Assembly: GCA_051313645.2 (NCBI GenBank)
Contig: JBNRSN020000004.1
Coordinates: 46,314,001-46,378,000, forward strand
DNA length: 64,000 bases
Reading direction: 5' to 3'
Source: Centroscyllium fabricii
Lineage: Eukaryota
The notes below the pieces were generated by a model. The model was not told the origin of the DNA, did no database searches, and was given only the letters and a program-made list of their open reading frames with translations. Made by a program: the position numbers and the translations under genes. Below, piece by piece: positions 26,630-39,316 of the stretch. Position 1 is the first letter of the stretch. Every line of letters begins with the position of its first letter.

Positions 26630-27460
26630 ATATTTTGTTTTATGTTTTGAAGTATAGAGTGGGACTGGTTTTGAGGGGGAAACGGTTAACTTTCTTATAA
26701 AAAGGGTATCCCCACTTAAGCTAGGGAAAAACGAGGCAAGATTGGGAGACCTGGAAAACACTTCCAGAATGCAATTCTCCTTTAAAGGGCAACTACAGCT
26801 TAGTTCTAACAAATGATGCATGGTAAAAGGGATCACCTTTCATACCCATCCTCCACATCAAAGTCCTTCTCAATTAAGAGCTTGCCATTTTCCACTTATT
26901 CTGGATAAGGGTATCAGGGGATATGGACAAAGGCAGGTAAATGGAGTTGAGGTACAGATCAGCCAGGATCTAACTGAATGTGGGAACAAGCTTAAAGGGG
27001 TTGAATGGCGTTCCTGTTTCTAGATTCTGTACCGTGCAGCACACCATCAACAAAATAAACCAAAGGGAGCCAATATTTGGGTCGGGGGGGGAGGGCGGGG
27101 GGGTCGCAGATTAAATTAGGAGATAAAGCAAAGCTAATAAGCATGGATTAGTAACAGCAGACATGTTTTGTTTAGAACGAGACAGTTTGTAATGCCAGAT
27201 AGAGTGACTGTGTTTGCAATGTATCAATTTCATCACTGTGACCTTGCAACAAAGCAGCGCTGTATTGCTGTTAGCCAATATTTATCTACATAAAAATAAA
27301 ACATACAAACATTAGTTTATACCTCCCAGTATTTTACAGAAAAATGCCTCAAGGTTTCCATGGGTTTTCCTGTGTACACACAGAAAATACAGACAGAGAG
27401 TAGCCCACAACAGCAACATTCTGGTCGGTTTAAGCCACTGGGGCATTTGACATATTTAAT

Positions 27461-28217
27461 GGCCCAGAAATTCGGGCTGGGGGCTTCCTGCGAGTGCAAG
27501 CCTCCAACCCACACTTACGGAGCGCATAGAACTTTGTCCTCTTCTGGGAGTTGAACTCCCGATGCTAGGCCCTGCTCCAAGCCCCACGCGCCGCGCTGAG
27601 GCAACTCAGCGTCGGAGTTTGCGCGAGGCTCCGTGGGGGACCACGTGTTCCGGGGAGCCAATCACTGCCAAGAATCCTCCATTCATAACTTTGACAGACA
27701 GCAAAGTTATGAAATGCAAGAGCCCCAAAAACACACTAAACATTAAAATACATTTTTTTTAAACACCACATTTTTTAACATTACTATCACTAACATAAAT
27801 TACCTATTTTAAACAAAAAATAAAATTTTTGAAAAAATATTTTATGTTTTTAACTGGCCTAAAAAACTACTTAGCTTTGTTTAAATTATTTAAAAATAAA
27901 AAACCTGTGAAATACTTAAATTGAATAAAATAGAGACTTACCTGCTAAAAAGGGGTCATTATGGCTGATATTTTCAGCTGTAACTTTCCCGATACTTACC
28001 CCGATAAAAAACTTGGGGGAAAAAAAAAATCGGGATTTCAGTGTGCACCTCCTGGTGCGCAGGCCAACGCGCTCCGGCTCCGGACCCCCCCAGACCCGGC
28101 ATCGTAAGTACTGGTTCTGTGCGCATGCTCGGTGCACGCACAGAACCAGCACTTCTGAGAGCCGCACGCATTGAGTACACCGTCCGTACTCACGCGTTTG
28201 GCCCTAATTTCTGGGCC
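27461..28217. mobile_element. MITE, GGCCCAGAAATT-TIR class
   Basis: AAT|GGCCCAGAAATT...AATTTCTGGGCC|ATT; internal similarity to 57707-58476. Confidence 0.85.
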
Positions 28218-28348
28218 ATTATTCTGCCACTTGTAACGCATGTCCTTGGTGGGGTCTCAAGGAAACAGCCCACATTGTCATCTGGTTCGCAGAAATGATA
28301 AAGAACCAAAATAAAAATAGCATTACCAATCCAATTACTATGATGGGA

Positions 28349-28478
28349 TAGCAAAATACTGCAGATGCTGGAAATCCGAAATAACAACAGAAAACGCTGG
28401 AAAAACTCAGCAGGCCAGGCCAAATCCGTGGAGAGAGAAAGAGAGTTAACGTTTCAGGTCAAAGACCTTTCATCAGAC
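28349..28478 (-). mobile_element. Penelope P2 3' tail with hammerhead core
   Basis: Minus strand CUGAUGA-AAGGUC(UUU)GACCU-GAAACGUUAAC. Confidence 0.8.
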
Positions 28479-28479
28479 G

Positions 28480-30860
28480 GCACAGCTGCCAATGGCGAGG
28501 TGAAGAAAAATAGAGGATGCACAAGAGACCAGAATTGGAGGAAGAGAGAGTTCTCAGAGGGTTGTAGGGCTGGAGGGGGATACAGAGATGGGGAGGGGCA
28601 AGGCCATGGAGGGATTTGAATAAGGGGATGAGAATTTAAAATTTGAGGCATTGCTGGGCCAGGAGTGAATGTAGGTCAGCAAGCACAGGGATTATGGGTG
28701 AACAGGACTTGGTGCGAGTTATGATACGGGCAGCAGAGCTTTGCTGATCTGAAGATTACGGAGGGCAGAAGGAAGGTGGGAGGCCAGCCAGGAAAGAATT
28801 GTAACAGTCGAGTCTGGAAGTAACAAAAGCATGGAGGAGGGTTCCCGCAGCAAGGGCAGAGACAGAGACAAGCAATATTACAGAGGTGGAAGTAGGCAGT
28901 CTTGGCAATGGGTCAGAAGCTCAGCTCAGAGTCAAACAGGACACCGAGGTTGCGAACAATCTGGTTCAGTCTCAGACAGTGGTCAGGGAGGGGGAATGGA
29001 ATCAGTGGCAGGATCTGCAGACACTGGCTTCAGTCTTCCCCAATATTTAATTGGAGGAAATTTTAACTTAGCCAATACTGGATGTCAATCAAGCAGCGTG
29101 GCAAACCAGATACAGTGGAAGGGTTGAGAAAGGTGGTGGGGAGGTAGAGCTGGGTGTGGTCAGCATACATGTGAAATGTGATGTGTTTTTCAAATGATGT
29201 TGCCAAGGGGCAGCATGTAGATGAGAAATAGGAGGGGCAAGGTTAGGTCTTTGGGGAACTCCAGAGGCAATGGTGTGGGAACAGGAAGAGAAGCCATTGC
29301 AGGAGATTCTCTGGCTATGACAGAATAGATGATGGAACAAGGCAAGGGCAGTCCCACTCAGCTGGTCAACAGAGCAGAGGCACTGGAGGAGGATGATGTG
29401 GTTAACTGTGTCAACAGCTGCAGACAGTTTGAGAAGGACGAGGAAGGGTAGTGTATCACGATCGCAATCAAAGAAGATGTGATTTGTGACTTTGATTAGA
29501 ATTGCTTTACTTCTACAGCAGGGACAGAAATCTGATTGGAGAGTCAAACATGGAGTTGCAGGAAAGATGGGCATGGATTTGATAGGCTACATACAACATA
29601 TTCAAGGACTTTGAAGAGGATCTGAAGATTGGAAATGGTACAGTAATCCACAAGAACAGAGGGGTCAAGGGTCGGTTGTTGAGGATGAAGGTTATGGTGA
29701 TGGTTTTGAAAGGATGGGGAAACAGTACCTTAGGAGATAGAACCATTTACAACGTCAGCTAGCATGAGGACCAGGAAGGTTGAGTGGGCAGCAGTTTACT
29801 GGCAAGATGGTCAAGAGAACAGTTGTGCCTCATGGACAAAAGGGGAGATAGGAGAGAAACTAGAGATAGATGTGGGATCAAGTCTAGGGCAAGGGGGAAA
29901 TTTGGCTTGCTAGGCAAGGGGAAGGGAGCCAGCTGAACAATGATCTCCATCTTAGTGACAAAGAAGTCTATAAGCTCTGCACACTTGTTTCAGGTGAGGG
30001 TGGGAGGAGGGGAGAGGGATTTACGGAGACAGTTGGTTGTGAGTACAGGTTGAGCACCGTTAATCCGCGTCCCGAATAGCCGGCAGCTTCAGTCTGCCGG
30101 CACAAATTGCCCCAACTGCACTGCGCATGCGCAAAATGGCAGCCCCCATCGTGGCTTCAGCGAATGATCTGCGCATGCGCCGAGCGCATGCGCAGATCAT
30201 TCAAAACAGCTGCGGGTGTTTTGAATGATCTGCGCATGCGTCACCGGACAGTTAGCGCATGCGCAGATAATTCAATACGGCCGCCGGTTATTTTCCCGAC
30301 AGCTGAGCCCCGTGACTGAGGCGGACAGTCAGTAGGCAACAGCTGTCAGCCTGAGTCCGGCTCGGCGGCAGCAGCAACCCGAAAGGCGATGGAGAGGGAA
30401 CGCGGACCCGTGCCCGATCTGCGCATGCGCGCGCCAGCCAATCGCAATGCTGCGCGCATGCGCGCGGCCATTTTGAATGGCGCGCATGCGCAGTGTCCAA
30501 ACTCCTTCTCCCGGTTTTTTCCATTTCCCGGCACGGGCCTGGTCCCGCCCGTGGCGGATTAACGCTGCTCAACCTGTACAAGCAGACAGGATTATCTTTG
30601 CAGGGAGCAGTTTTGGTAGAGGAGAGCTGAGCTGGATAGCACTTGATGTGGTCAAGCCAGATCTAGTGATAAATGGCTAAACCAGTTGTGTACCAGATAC
30701 ATTCAAGCCTACACCCCGAAGATGGGGGCTGCATCAGGGGGAAATGACCAGTGTGGGAGAGTAAGGATTTTACTGGGGCATCAAAGGCAGAAGTGAGGGA
30801 GAGATTGAGCAGAGCGACAGCTGCAGAAGTATTGCGATGAATAAGAGCCAAAGAATGAAG
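28480..30860 (-). mobile_element. Decayed L2-type LINE, interrupted by a Tigger MITE
   Basis: LQSDF..KVTNHI..LKLSAAVDTVNH..SGVPQ; collinear with 23414-25365. Confidence 0.75.
30046..30576. mobile_element. Tc1/mariner (Tigger/pogo-like) MITE, copy 1
   Basis: TA|CAGGTTGAGCACCGTTAATCCG...CGGATTAACGCTGCTCAACCTG|TA; near-identical to 32410 and 62951. Confidence 0.93.
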
Positions 30861-31499
30861 TTTGAAAGTGCAGTTGTATGTGAATAGGTATTTTATTAAA
30901 TTTCAAAGGATTGTAGCTGAATTATGCACTATGCAGAAAAATTAAGTTTAACCAGAGAATCAAACAAATTGGGAAATATTTTGTAGCTCCTCAGACATTG
31001 CACATTTAAAGAACATTTATTTGTGGAGATACAAACATAAATGTGAAAACCCACAAATCTAGAATATGAATCCAGTCCAGAGAAAAAGCAACTGTAAGCC
31101 TGTAGCAGCAAGAGACCAGGACTGAAAGCATTTTCTAAATCTGAAGTACTGGTTTGAGGGTACAGTTTCCAAAAGAATTTCCTTCTGATTACAAGCAGAT
31201 ACTTGTCTAGTGCAGCTCCGATAGATATACCTAAAGTATGGTGTCATAGTGCTTAGTCAGGAGACAACCATTTTCTTCCAATATGCGATTAAATCATGCT
31301 ACCATTTTCAATCACACAAACATTGGTCTAAAAGACATTAAAAAGGAACCACTACAAGATAGGCAAATCAAAATATTTCATAGAATTTTAAATTTGATAT
31401 AGTAAATTTAAACTGGGTTAACTCCCCAACTCATGAGCAAATACTAAATAGTTTAAGGATATTGCTGGAGTACAGTTCTACAGACCTCCAGTAGCTCAC

Positions 31500-31820
31500 C
31501 CATTATTTCTGAGCCTTCGTGTTGAATGTTGGCAAGCTATTGAACTGCAACAGGCGTCACAACACAGAAGGAAGCCATTCCTGTCCTGTCCTGAGCTTGG
31601 TCCCATCCTTACTAACACTCATACACACATGCGCTTCCACCAAGGGTTACTGCAGTCCAGAGTGAGAATTCCCTGCCCGATTTTCCCCTCCCTAACCGAG
31701 GGCACCGAGGCTAATTGTAGCATCCCTACTGAGATCAATTAATTTCACACAAACTGGGAAATCAGTCTGTGTAGCTCGGCTACCAGTAGATAAATATTCT
31801 GAGCAATCGGGGATCCTACT
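31500..31820 (-). repeat. Old diverged SINE-like repeat, with further copies at ~34560-34720 and ~61770-62000
   Basis: Shared motifs such as TTTTCCCCTCCC, TTGTAGCAT and GAGATCA/GATCAGCT among the three loci, each present in at least two. Confidence 0.5.
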
Positions 31821-32180
31821 TTTAAACTCATATTAGAAAGCTAAACTACAATCCTGAACAGGACAACTACTTTCTAGCTTTACGGTTTGTAAGTGTACAA
31901 ACTTTTAAGTGAGATAGAAAACAAAATTACGATTTCACATTTGACTTGAAAAAAGTTTCTTCAGCCTGAAACAATTGAAATGACTATGCACTGTTATTAA
32001 CATTACATTTACTATTTTGCCAATTCATAGCTTGATGAAGTGCCTCACCAAGGTAGAGTATTCTGTGTTCAACTTACATAATCTTTTCTTCTATTGGTGG
32101 GAAAAGGCATTTGCAAGACTAATAAACAAAATAAATGACCTGTATCTATCAGTCAAAGAAGTTACAGAAACTCTTTTATC

Positions 32181-33195
32181 CGGGGAGGCAGTGGCGTAGT
32201 GGTTATGTCACTAGGCTAGTAAGCCAGAGGCTCAGTCAAATGTTCTGAGGATATCGGTTCAAATCCCACCACGGCAGCTGGTGGAATTTAAATTCAATTC
32301 AAATTAATTCTGGAATTAAATGTTAGTCTTAGTAATGGCGACCATGATACCATTGTCGATTGTTGCAAAAACCCATCTGGTTCACTAATGTCCTTTAGGG
32401 AAGGAAATACAGGTTGAGCACCGTTAATCCGGGTCCCTAATAGCCGGCAGCTTCAGTCTGCCGGCACAAATTGCCCCGACTGCACTGCGCATGCGCAAAA
32501 TGGCAGCCCCCATTGTGGCTTCAGCGAATGATCTGCGCATGCGCTCGGCGCATGCGCAGATCATTCAAAACAGCTGCGGGTGTTTTGAATGATCTGCGCA
32601 TGCGTCACCGGACGGTTAGCGCATGCGCAGATAATTCAATACGGCCGCCCTTATTTTCTCGACAGCTGAGCCCCGTGACTGAGGCGGACAGTCACTAGGC
32701 AACAGCTGTCAGCCTGAGTCCGGCTCGGCGGCAGCAGCAACCCGAAAGGCGATGGAGAGGGAACGCGGACCCGTGCCCGATCTGCGCATGCGCGCGCCAG
32801 CCAATCGCAATGTTGCGCGCATGCGCGCGGCCATTTTGAATGGCGCGCATGCGCAGTGCCCAAACTCGTTCTCCCGGTTTTTTCCATTTCCCGGCACGGG
32901 CCTGGTCCCGCCCGTGGCGGATTAACGCTGCTCAACCTGTAGAAACATAGTCCTTACTTGGTCTGGCCGACATGTGACTCCAGATCCACAGCAATGTGGT
33001 TGACTCTTAATGCCCTCTGAAATGGCCTAGCAAGCCACTCAGTTGTAAACAACCGCAACGCAACATTGTGGGTGTACCTACACCATATGGACTGCAGCGG
33101 TTTAAGAAGGCGGCTCACCACCATCTTCTCAAGGGCAATTAGGGATGGGCACTAAATGCAGGCCTAGCCAACCAGCGACGCCCAAAGAAAAAAAC
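32181..33195 (+). mobile_element. tRNA-derived SINE sharing its 3' tail with the family A LINE
   Basis: A box TGGCGTAGTGG, B box GGTTCAAATCC; central domain CCCATCTGGTTCACTAATGTCCTTTAGGGAAGG; 3' ~130 bp closely match the LINE end at 5835-5960; second copy 58836-59630. Confidence 0.88.
32410..32939. mobile_element. Tigger/pogo-like MITE, copy 2
   Basis: TA-flanked CAGGTTGAGCACCGTTAATCC TIRs. Confidence 0.93.
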
Positions 33196-34880
33196 GGGGG
33201 AAAAAAGGGTGCCGGTTTATCAAAACATCCAGATTATAGAGAGGTATAGAGAGCCCCATAAACGGCAACAAATCCAGGCGTCCCTGTTGCTTAGCAACAG
33301 TTGCAGGAACCCCAGTGAACGGCCACTAATATGAAGTAAAACTTACCTGAACCTACTCCTGAATTTTGCCGGTTAGCAGAGATTTCCGGTTATTTAGATA
33401 TTGAGAGTTTCCTGTACCATAAAGGCAAATTGTACTCAGTATTTCTCACAAAGTGGAGGAAAATCCTGATAAACTTTACTTTTGTTAATGTTGCTACTGT
33501 TTGAAATGAAATGTACTTGAAAAGAGAAAATGCTACATAAAGTAAAATTTAGTTGTAACATTTAAGATTCAAAGGACTGCAGGCAGTTCATCATCCAACA
33601 AATTAAATCAGTGTTAGAATGTAGCTTTAAGCCCATGATCTCCCATATGCCAAGGTTTTAATCTCAGCCATATGCCAACCTTCTTAACCTCAGCCATAAG
33701 GACTGTATGAGTGCACCATAGGCACCTCCCTACAAGGACTGTGGGTAAGTCACCTTGGGAAGCTGACTCAAGACCAACACGATCAGAGCCTGCTCTCAGC
33801 AGTGGGAAATGATGTAGAGAGAAGATGAGGAAAAATGTAAAATCAGGACTTGGGAAAATAAATTCTAAAAGGACAAAATGATGAGTTATTTAATGTCTAC
33901 CAACCGATCACACCATTTATTGCACCAACTACTCTGAACTTATTCCTTAAGAAGGGCAATAAACTTCAAATTGCTATAAAATTAATTTTAAAATTGACAA
34001 CTGAAAATTACGGCATTATGCATTTAAATAGTCCTCTACTCTGTTCCTATGGGGCTGTGCTAATATTTGAAAAACACTGCTTTCCCAAAATTATTCATAT
34101 AAAGGCAATGGTGTGCAGATTACATCCACTACCATGACCAGCTAGCAGTGTTACTTGATAGTTATCATTGAGTGAAAGCAACAAAATAGACTGGAGCTTT
34201 AATACACACATCTGTATCTGCAGTAACAGCTTTCACTTTTTTGTCTGTGACATATGTACAATTCCTTTAACTTCCCACTGCTCTATGGATGAGCCAAAAC
34301 TAGCATCAAAGCAGACAACAGTATCAAATAATACATTTCACAGTACAGGTCAGATTTCCATTAAAAAAATTGACTTACTTAATGGTACCTCTATTTTCAA
34401 CTGACTCAGGGAATGCCCAGTTATTTTGAAGACTGACAGTTTTGTGAAAAGGATAAAGATTTATAAAATATACACATATATGCCCACATAAATATATGCA
34501 CATTTATATGCTGTATGTCCACACACATCCAAACACAATTAATTACAAGATTCCATATTTTGTCATCAACGACATCCACAGTTTCCAACATGAGCCAATA
34601 GAACAGGAATCCTGACTAATTTTCCCCTCCCTTTCCCAGGTATTGAAGCAACTTGTAGCATGCCTCATGTGATTAGCTAACTCAGTACAGACCCACGATA
34701 CTATGGTCGATATGGCTCAGTTACACTTAGTGTCTATCAACAAAGACATCTTCTCAAGAATTCTGTTTAATGGTAACTTTTACATTATTTTGCGATAGAA
34801 ATAACAGTGAGGTTATCAGCGCTCACCGTTAGTAAAGGAGTAAATCGGACAGCAATTTCCAACGTCCGCACATGTGCAAA

Positions 34881-37793
34881 CAAGGTAGTTTTAGGACAGA
34901 GAATGAAAGGCATATACTTTAACGCAAGGAGTCTAACTAACAAAGTGGATGAGTTAAAGGTATTGGTTGACTCATGGGAATATGATATAGTAGCTATCAC
35001 GGAGACGTGGCTGAAAGAGGGGCAAGAATGGCAGCTAAACATTCCGGGGTATAGAATTTTCAGGCGGGACAGGGACGAGGGTAAAAGGGGAGGGGGGGTA
35101 GCGATACTGATTAAGGATTCAATCACAGCCATTAGGCGGGTCGACCTAATGGACGAATCCTCAAACGAGGCACTATGGGTGGAGGTAAAAAATAAAAAAG
35201 GGGGGGGCACCTTACTGGGAGTATATTATAGACCACCAAACAGTAAAGGGGAGGTAGAGGATAAGATATGTGAACAAATCACGAAGATTAGTGAAAATAA
35301 TAAAGTAACAATACTAGGGGACTTTAATTTCCCCAATATCAACTGGGAGAATCAAAGTGTGAGGGGCACGGATGGTTCAGCATTCTTACAATGCAGCCAA
35401 GATAATTTTTTGAAACAATATGTGGGGTCACCTACAAGGGGGGGGGCGGTACTAGACCTAATACTTGGGAACGAGGACGGGCAGATAGAGGAGGTAACAG
35501 TGGGGGAGCACTTCGGGGATAGCGACCACAATTCAGTTAGTTTCAAAATTGTAATGGAGAAAGATAAAAATGGACCAGGGGTAAAAATACTAAACTGGGG
35601 GAAGGCGGATTTCAATAAAATTAGGAACGATGTAACCGCAGTAGATTGGGGCCATCTCCTCAGAGGAAGATCTGCATCAGAGCAGTGGGAGGCCTTCAGA
35701 GGGGAAGTCGGGAAGATACAGGAGGAACATGTTCCTGCAAAAATTAAGGGTGGGGGAGACAAACAAAGGAAACCTTGGATGTCTAGAGATATATGTAAAT
35801 TAATGAAGAAAAAAAGGGGGGCTTTTAATGAATATAAACGGCTAAAAACTGAGGAGGCACTAGGGGAGTATAAGAAATATAGGGGGGATTTAAAGAAGGA
35901 GATAAGAAAAGCCAAGAGAGGTCATGAGATTACAATGGCCGGTAAAATCAAGGATAACCCTAAGGCATTTTATAGTTATATAAAAAACAAAAGGATCACG
36001 AGGGAAAGGGTGGGGCCCATTAAAGACGATAGCGGAAAGCTGTGCGTCGAGCCTGAGGAGGTGGGGGAGGTACTAAATGAATTCTTCTCTTCAGTATTCA
36101 CAAGAGAGAGGGACGATACCGACATCGAAATCGGACAGAATGTAGGGGGGGTAATTGAGGATATTACCATTACAAGGGAAGAAGTTCTAGAAATCTTGGG
36201 AGGCTTAAAGGTGGACAAATCACCAGGGCCGGACGCAATGTTCCCCAGGCTGCTGTTCGAGGCCAGGGAGGAGCTTGCGGGCCCCCTGTCCCAAATCTTC
36301 AGGACCTCTCTCGCGTCAGGGGATGTGCCTGAGGACTGGAGAACGGCTAATGTAGTACCCTTGTTTAAAAAGGGTAGTAGGGACAAACCGGGCAACTACA
36401 GGCCAATCAGTCTTACATCTGTAGTGGGGAAAGTAATGGAAAAAATTCTGAGGGATAAAATCAGTTCGCATTTGGACAACCAAGGTCTAATAAGAGACAG
36501 TCAGCATGGCTTCGTCAAAGGTAAGTCGTGCCTGACCAATCTGTTGGAATTCTTTGAGGAAGTAACAAAGAGGGTGGATGAAGGGAGTACTGTGGACGTA
36601 GTGTATATGGACTTTAGCAAAGCTTTTGATAAAGTCCCACATAGGAGACTAATAACAAAGGTTAGAGCGCACGGGATACAGGGTAACTTGGCACAGTGGA
36701 TCGAAAATTGGCTGGGGGATAGGAGACAAAGGGTAATGGTAGAGGGCTGCTTCTGTGACTGGAAACCAGTAACCAGTGGCGTCCCCCAAGGATCGGTTTT
36801 GGGACCCTTACTGTTTCTAGTATACATCAACGATTTGGATATGGGAGTAGGGGGTACGATCAGCAAATTCGCTGATGATACGAAAATCGGAAGGGTGGTA
36901 AACAACGATGAGGATAGTAAGGGGCTTCAGGAGGATATAGATATAATGGTTAATTGGGCAGAAAAATGGCAAATGGAGTTCAACCCAGAGAAATGCGAGG
37001 TCATTCAATTCGGTAGACCAAATGGGGTAAGGGAATATACCATGAACAACAAAACGTTAAATAGGACCGAGGAGCAGAGGGACCTGGGGGTACAGGTGCA
37101 CAGCTCCCTGAAGGTTGCTGGACACGTTAACAAGGTGGTTAAGAAGGCATACGGAATTCTCGCCTTTATTAACCAGGGCATAGTATACAAAAGTAGGGAG
37201 GTAATGTTAAACCTGTATAACACACTGGTGAGACCTCAGCTGGAGTACTGTGTGCAGTTCTGGTCACCGCACTACAGGAAGGATGTGGCTGCCCTGGAGA
37301 GGGTGCAGAGAAGGTTTACCAGGATGATACCTGGTCTGGCGGACCTATGCTACGAGGAAAGGCTGGACAGGCTGGGGTTGTTTGCCTTGGAGAAAAGAAG
37401 GTGGAGGGGTGACATGATTGAGGTGTACAAGATCATGAGGGGACACGATAGGGTAGACAAAGGGGCATTGTTTCCCCTGGTGGGAGAGTCAAGCACTAGG
37501 GGACATAGATTCAAGATCAGGGGGGGGAGGTTTAGGGGGGAGGTAAGGAGAAAGTTCTTTACCCAGAGGGTGGTGGAAGACTGGAACTCCCTGCCTGTGA
37601 GGGTGGTGGAGGCAGGAACCATCACAACATTTAAAAAATACTTGGACCAGCACATGAAGGACCATAACATACAGGGTTATGGGCCAGGTGCGGGCAACTG
37701 GGGTTAGAACAGTGAGGAGTTTTTCTGGGCCGGTGCGGACTGGATGGGCCGAATGGCCCTTATCCGCACTGTAAAATTTCTATGATTCTATGA
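34881..37793 (+). mobile_element. Young CR1 LINE, truncated just upstream of ORF2
   Basis: Complete ORF2, short 3' UTR and (TTCTATGA)2 tail. Confidence 0.95.
34903..37707 (+). CDS. CR1 ORF2 protein: APE endonuclease plus reverse transcriptase, 934 aa, uninterrupted
   Basis: NARSL, ITETW, YRPP, GDFN, LDL and SDH (APE); YRPISLTS, QHGF, DFSKAFD, GVPQGSVLGP, FADD and DLGV (RT). Confidence 0.95.
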   Translation: MKGIYFNARSLTNKVDELKVLVDSWEYDIVAITETWLKEGQEWQLNIPGYRIFRRDRDEGKRGGGVAILIKDSITAIRRVDLMDESSNEALWVEVKNKKGGGTLLGVYYRPPNSKGEVEDKICEQITKISENNKVTILGDFNFPNINWENQSVRGTDGSAFLQCSQDNFLKQYVGSPTRGGAVLDLILGNEDGQIEEVTVGEHFGDSDHNSVSFKIVMEKDKNGPGVKILNWGKADFNKIRNDVTAVDWGHLLRGRSASEQWEAFRGEVGKIQEEHVPAKIKGGGDKQRKPWMSRDICKLMKKKRGAFNEYKRLKTEEALGEYKKYRGDLKKEIRKAKRGHEITMAGKIKDNPKAFYSYIKNKRITRERVGPIKDDSGKLCVEPEEVGEVLNEFFSSVFTRERDDTDIEIGQNVGGVIEDITITREEVLEILGGLKVDKSPGPDAMFPRLLFEAREELAGPLSQIFRTSLASGDVPEDWRTANVVPLFKKGSRDKPGNYRPISLTSVVGKVMEKILRDKISSHLDNQGLIRDSQHGFVKGKSCLTNLLEFFEEVTKRVDEGSTVDVVYMDFSKAFDKVPHRRLITKVRAHGIQGNLAQWIENWLGDRRQRVMVEGCFCDWKPVTSGVPQGSVLGPLLFLVYINDLDMGVGGTISKFADDTKIGRVVNNDEDSKGLQEDIDIMVNWAEKWQMEFNPEKCEVIQFGRPNGVREYTMNNKTLNRTEEQRDLGVQVHSSLKVAGHVNKVVKKAYGILAFINQGIVYKSREVMLNLYNTLVRPQLEYCVQFWSPHYRKDVAALERVQRRFTRMIPGLADLCYEERLDRLGLFALEKRRWRGDMIEVYKIMRGHDRVDKGALFPLVGESSTRGHRFKIRGGRFRGEVRRKFFTQRVVEDWNSLPVRVVEAGTITTFKKYLDQHMKDHNIQGYGPGAGNWG

Positions 37794-39316
37794 AATGCGG
37801 AAATCAGGAAGTTGCTGTCCAAGTTACCCTGCTCCTCCAGAAGCTTCGCTATACTGGTATCTCATCGAAAGACTCGGCATTCAAGTACATGCAACGACGT
37901 GAAGTTGGGGTATTTATGTGATAGATACCCACTAACCATGGCAGGAACAGTTGGGGCTTGTCTATTTAAGTGTAAGTGAATCTTTAATGGCGTGATGAGT
38001 CTTAATTACTGTCAAACAATCTCTCTAGCATGGAAAATTAACTTTTACAAGTATGGAGTCTCATTTTTTCAGATTTTGATTATTGTTGGAGATTTAAAAA
38101 AAAAAAATTAAACTGAAATAAAACTTATACTTTTCTCTCTCTCTTAATCCCATCTTTCTTTCCATCTCTTTATTTAAACTTTCTGTACATAATTTAGTAT
38201 TGAATTAACTTTTCTAATTTACACTTCCTGGTTTGGACTCTGCTCTGTTCAGTAAGGATTCTCCAATCTGATTGGTTAAGGAGACACACCATTTGCTTGC
38301 CCTGTTCGCATAAGTCCCAATACCCTGTAGATTGATTTTGATTTCTAATAACCACAAGTTCCAGGGCAAAAGCCCAGAGAAAGTCTGTGAGTAAGTGTAA
38401 GCGTAATAAATGGCTGGTATCGTTCGTTCGCTGCTAACCTCAAAATCCAGGCCATTATATTTTCTATGCCCAGGAAAACTAAGTTATTTTCAGGATAAAT
38501 TAGAAAACTAACTTAAGCTGCATTTACTTTCTTTATATTAACCGACTATGCCATCACTGCATAGCGGTCTATTGGGGGAAAGACAACTGGAAGAGTTGCC
38601 ATTTGTGCATCCAAATCCTGAATTTGAAATGGTTTAATCCCTCCACTCGCAATGAGGAATTTGATATTGGTGCTTTAAGTCTGTATGATAGTTTCACTCC
38701 CAGGAGGCACTAAAGATCACTAGGCATCACCAAGAACAAGTTTGAGCTTTTCATAGCAAAATGGACCAGAATATGACAACCAAATCCAGAATATCCCATA
38801 ATCCCATTTAATAAAAATGGAATCCGACTTAGTCACTGCAATCAAGCAGAGAATGCAGAATATGATGCCTACACACCAGTAGAAGTTTTAGAATGCCACA
38901 CAATAAAAATGGAATTTGACTTATTCAGTTACTGCAAAATAATAGCCCTGCCTACGACTCTACCCCTCTAATTTTCCTTCACTACGCCAGGAGATGCTGC
39001 AGCCTCTGCTCAAAAATATCAAATTGGAAATAGAGTGACTTAGGGATCCAGTATGCACTCATTCCCCACTCAGTGCTTCAAAGCTTAGCGTTACCAAGCT
39101 AGCCCAGTAATCAATTTAAACCAAGGACTCCCAAGTATGGATATACATATCTGCACTGAATGATTTTCTTCTCAAGTTTTAAGTAAACTCTTAGTATCTC
39201 AATGAACGAACGTAATTACCATATCACAGGAACAGTATTTGACAAAATCACTATAACAGGTCACAGTAAAAATCATTGGACCACCAACATGACAGAATCT
39301 GCATTACTTCAGCCTT

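Larger units (their letters stand above)
32165..33414. mobile_element. Older TA-flanked MITE, split by a SINE that itself contains a Tigger MITE
   Basis: TA|CAGAAACTCT at left and AGAGTTTCCTG|TA at right. Confidence 0.55.
34786..38453. mobile_element. Older GGCC-TIR-class MITE split by the intact CR1 (arms ~34786-34880 and ~37794-38453)
   Basis: Inverted pair GGACAGCAATTTCC (34847-34860) and GGAAGTTGCTGTCC (~37807-37820) lies on either side of the CR1; right end CAAAATCCAGGCC|ATT. Confidence 0.6.

Noticed and set aside
30107-30581. Recurring ORFs in the Tigger MITE copies
   Set aside because: GC-rich palindromic repeat with no transposase motifs; recurrence reflects copy identity
34807-34902. 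N-terminal extension of the 966-aa ORF
   Set aside because: Mostly host MITE sequence upstream of the CR1 truncation point; ORF2 homology begins at ATG 34903
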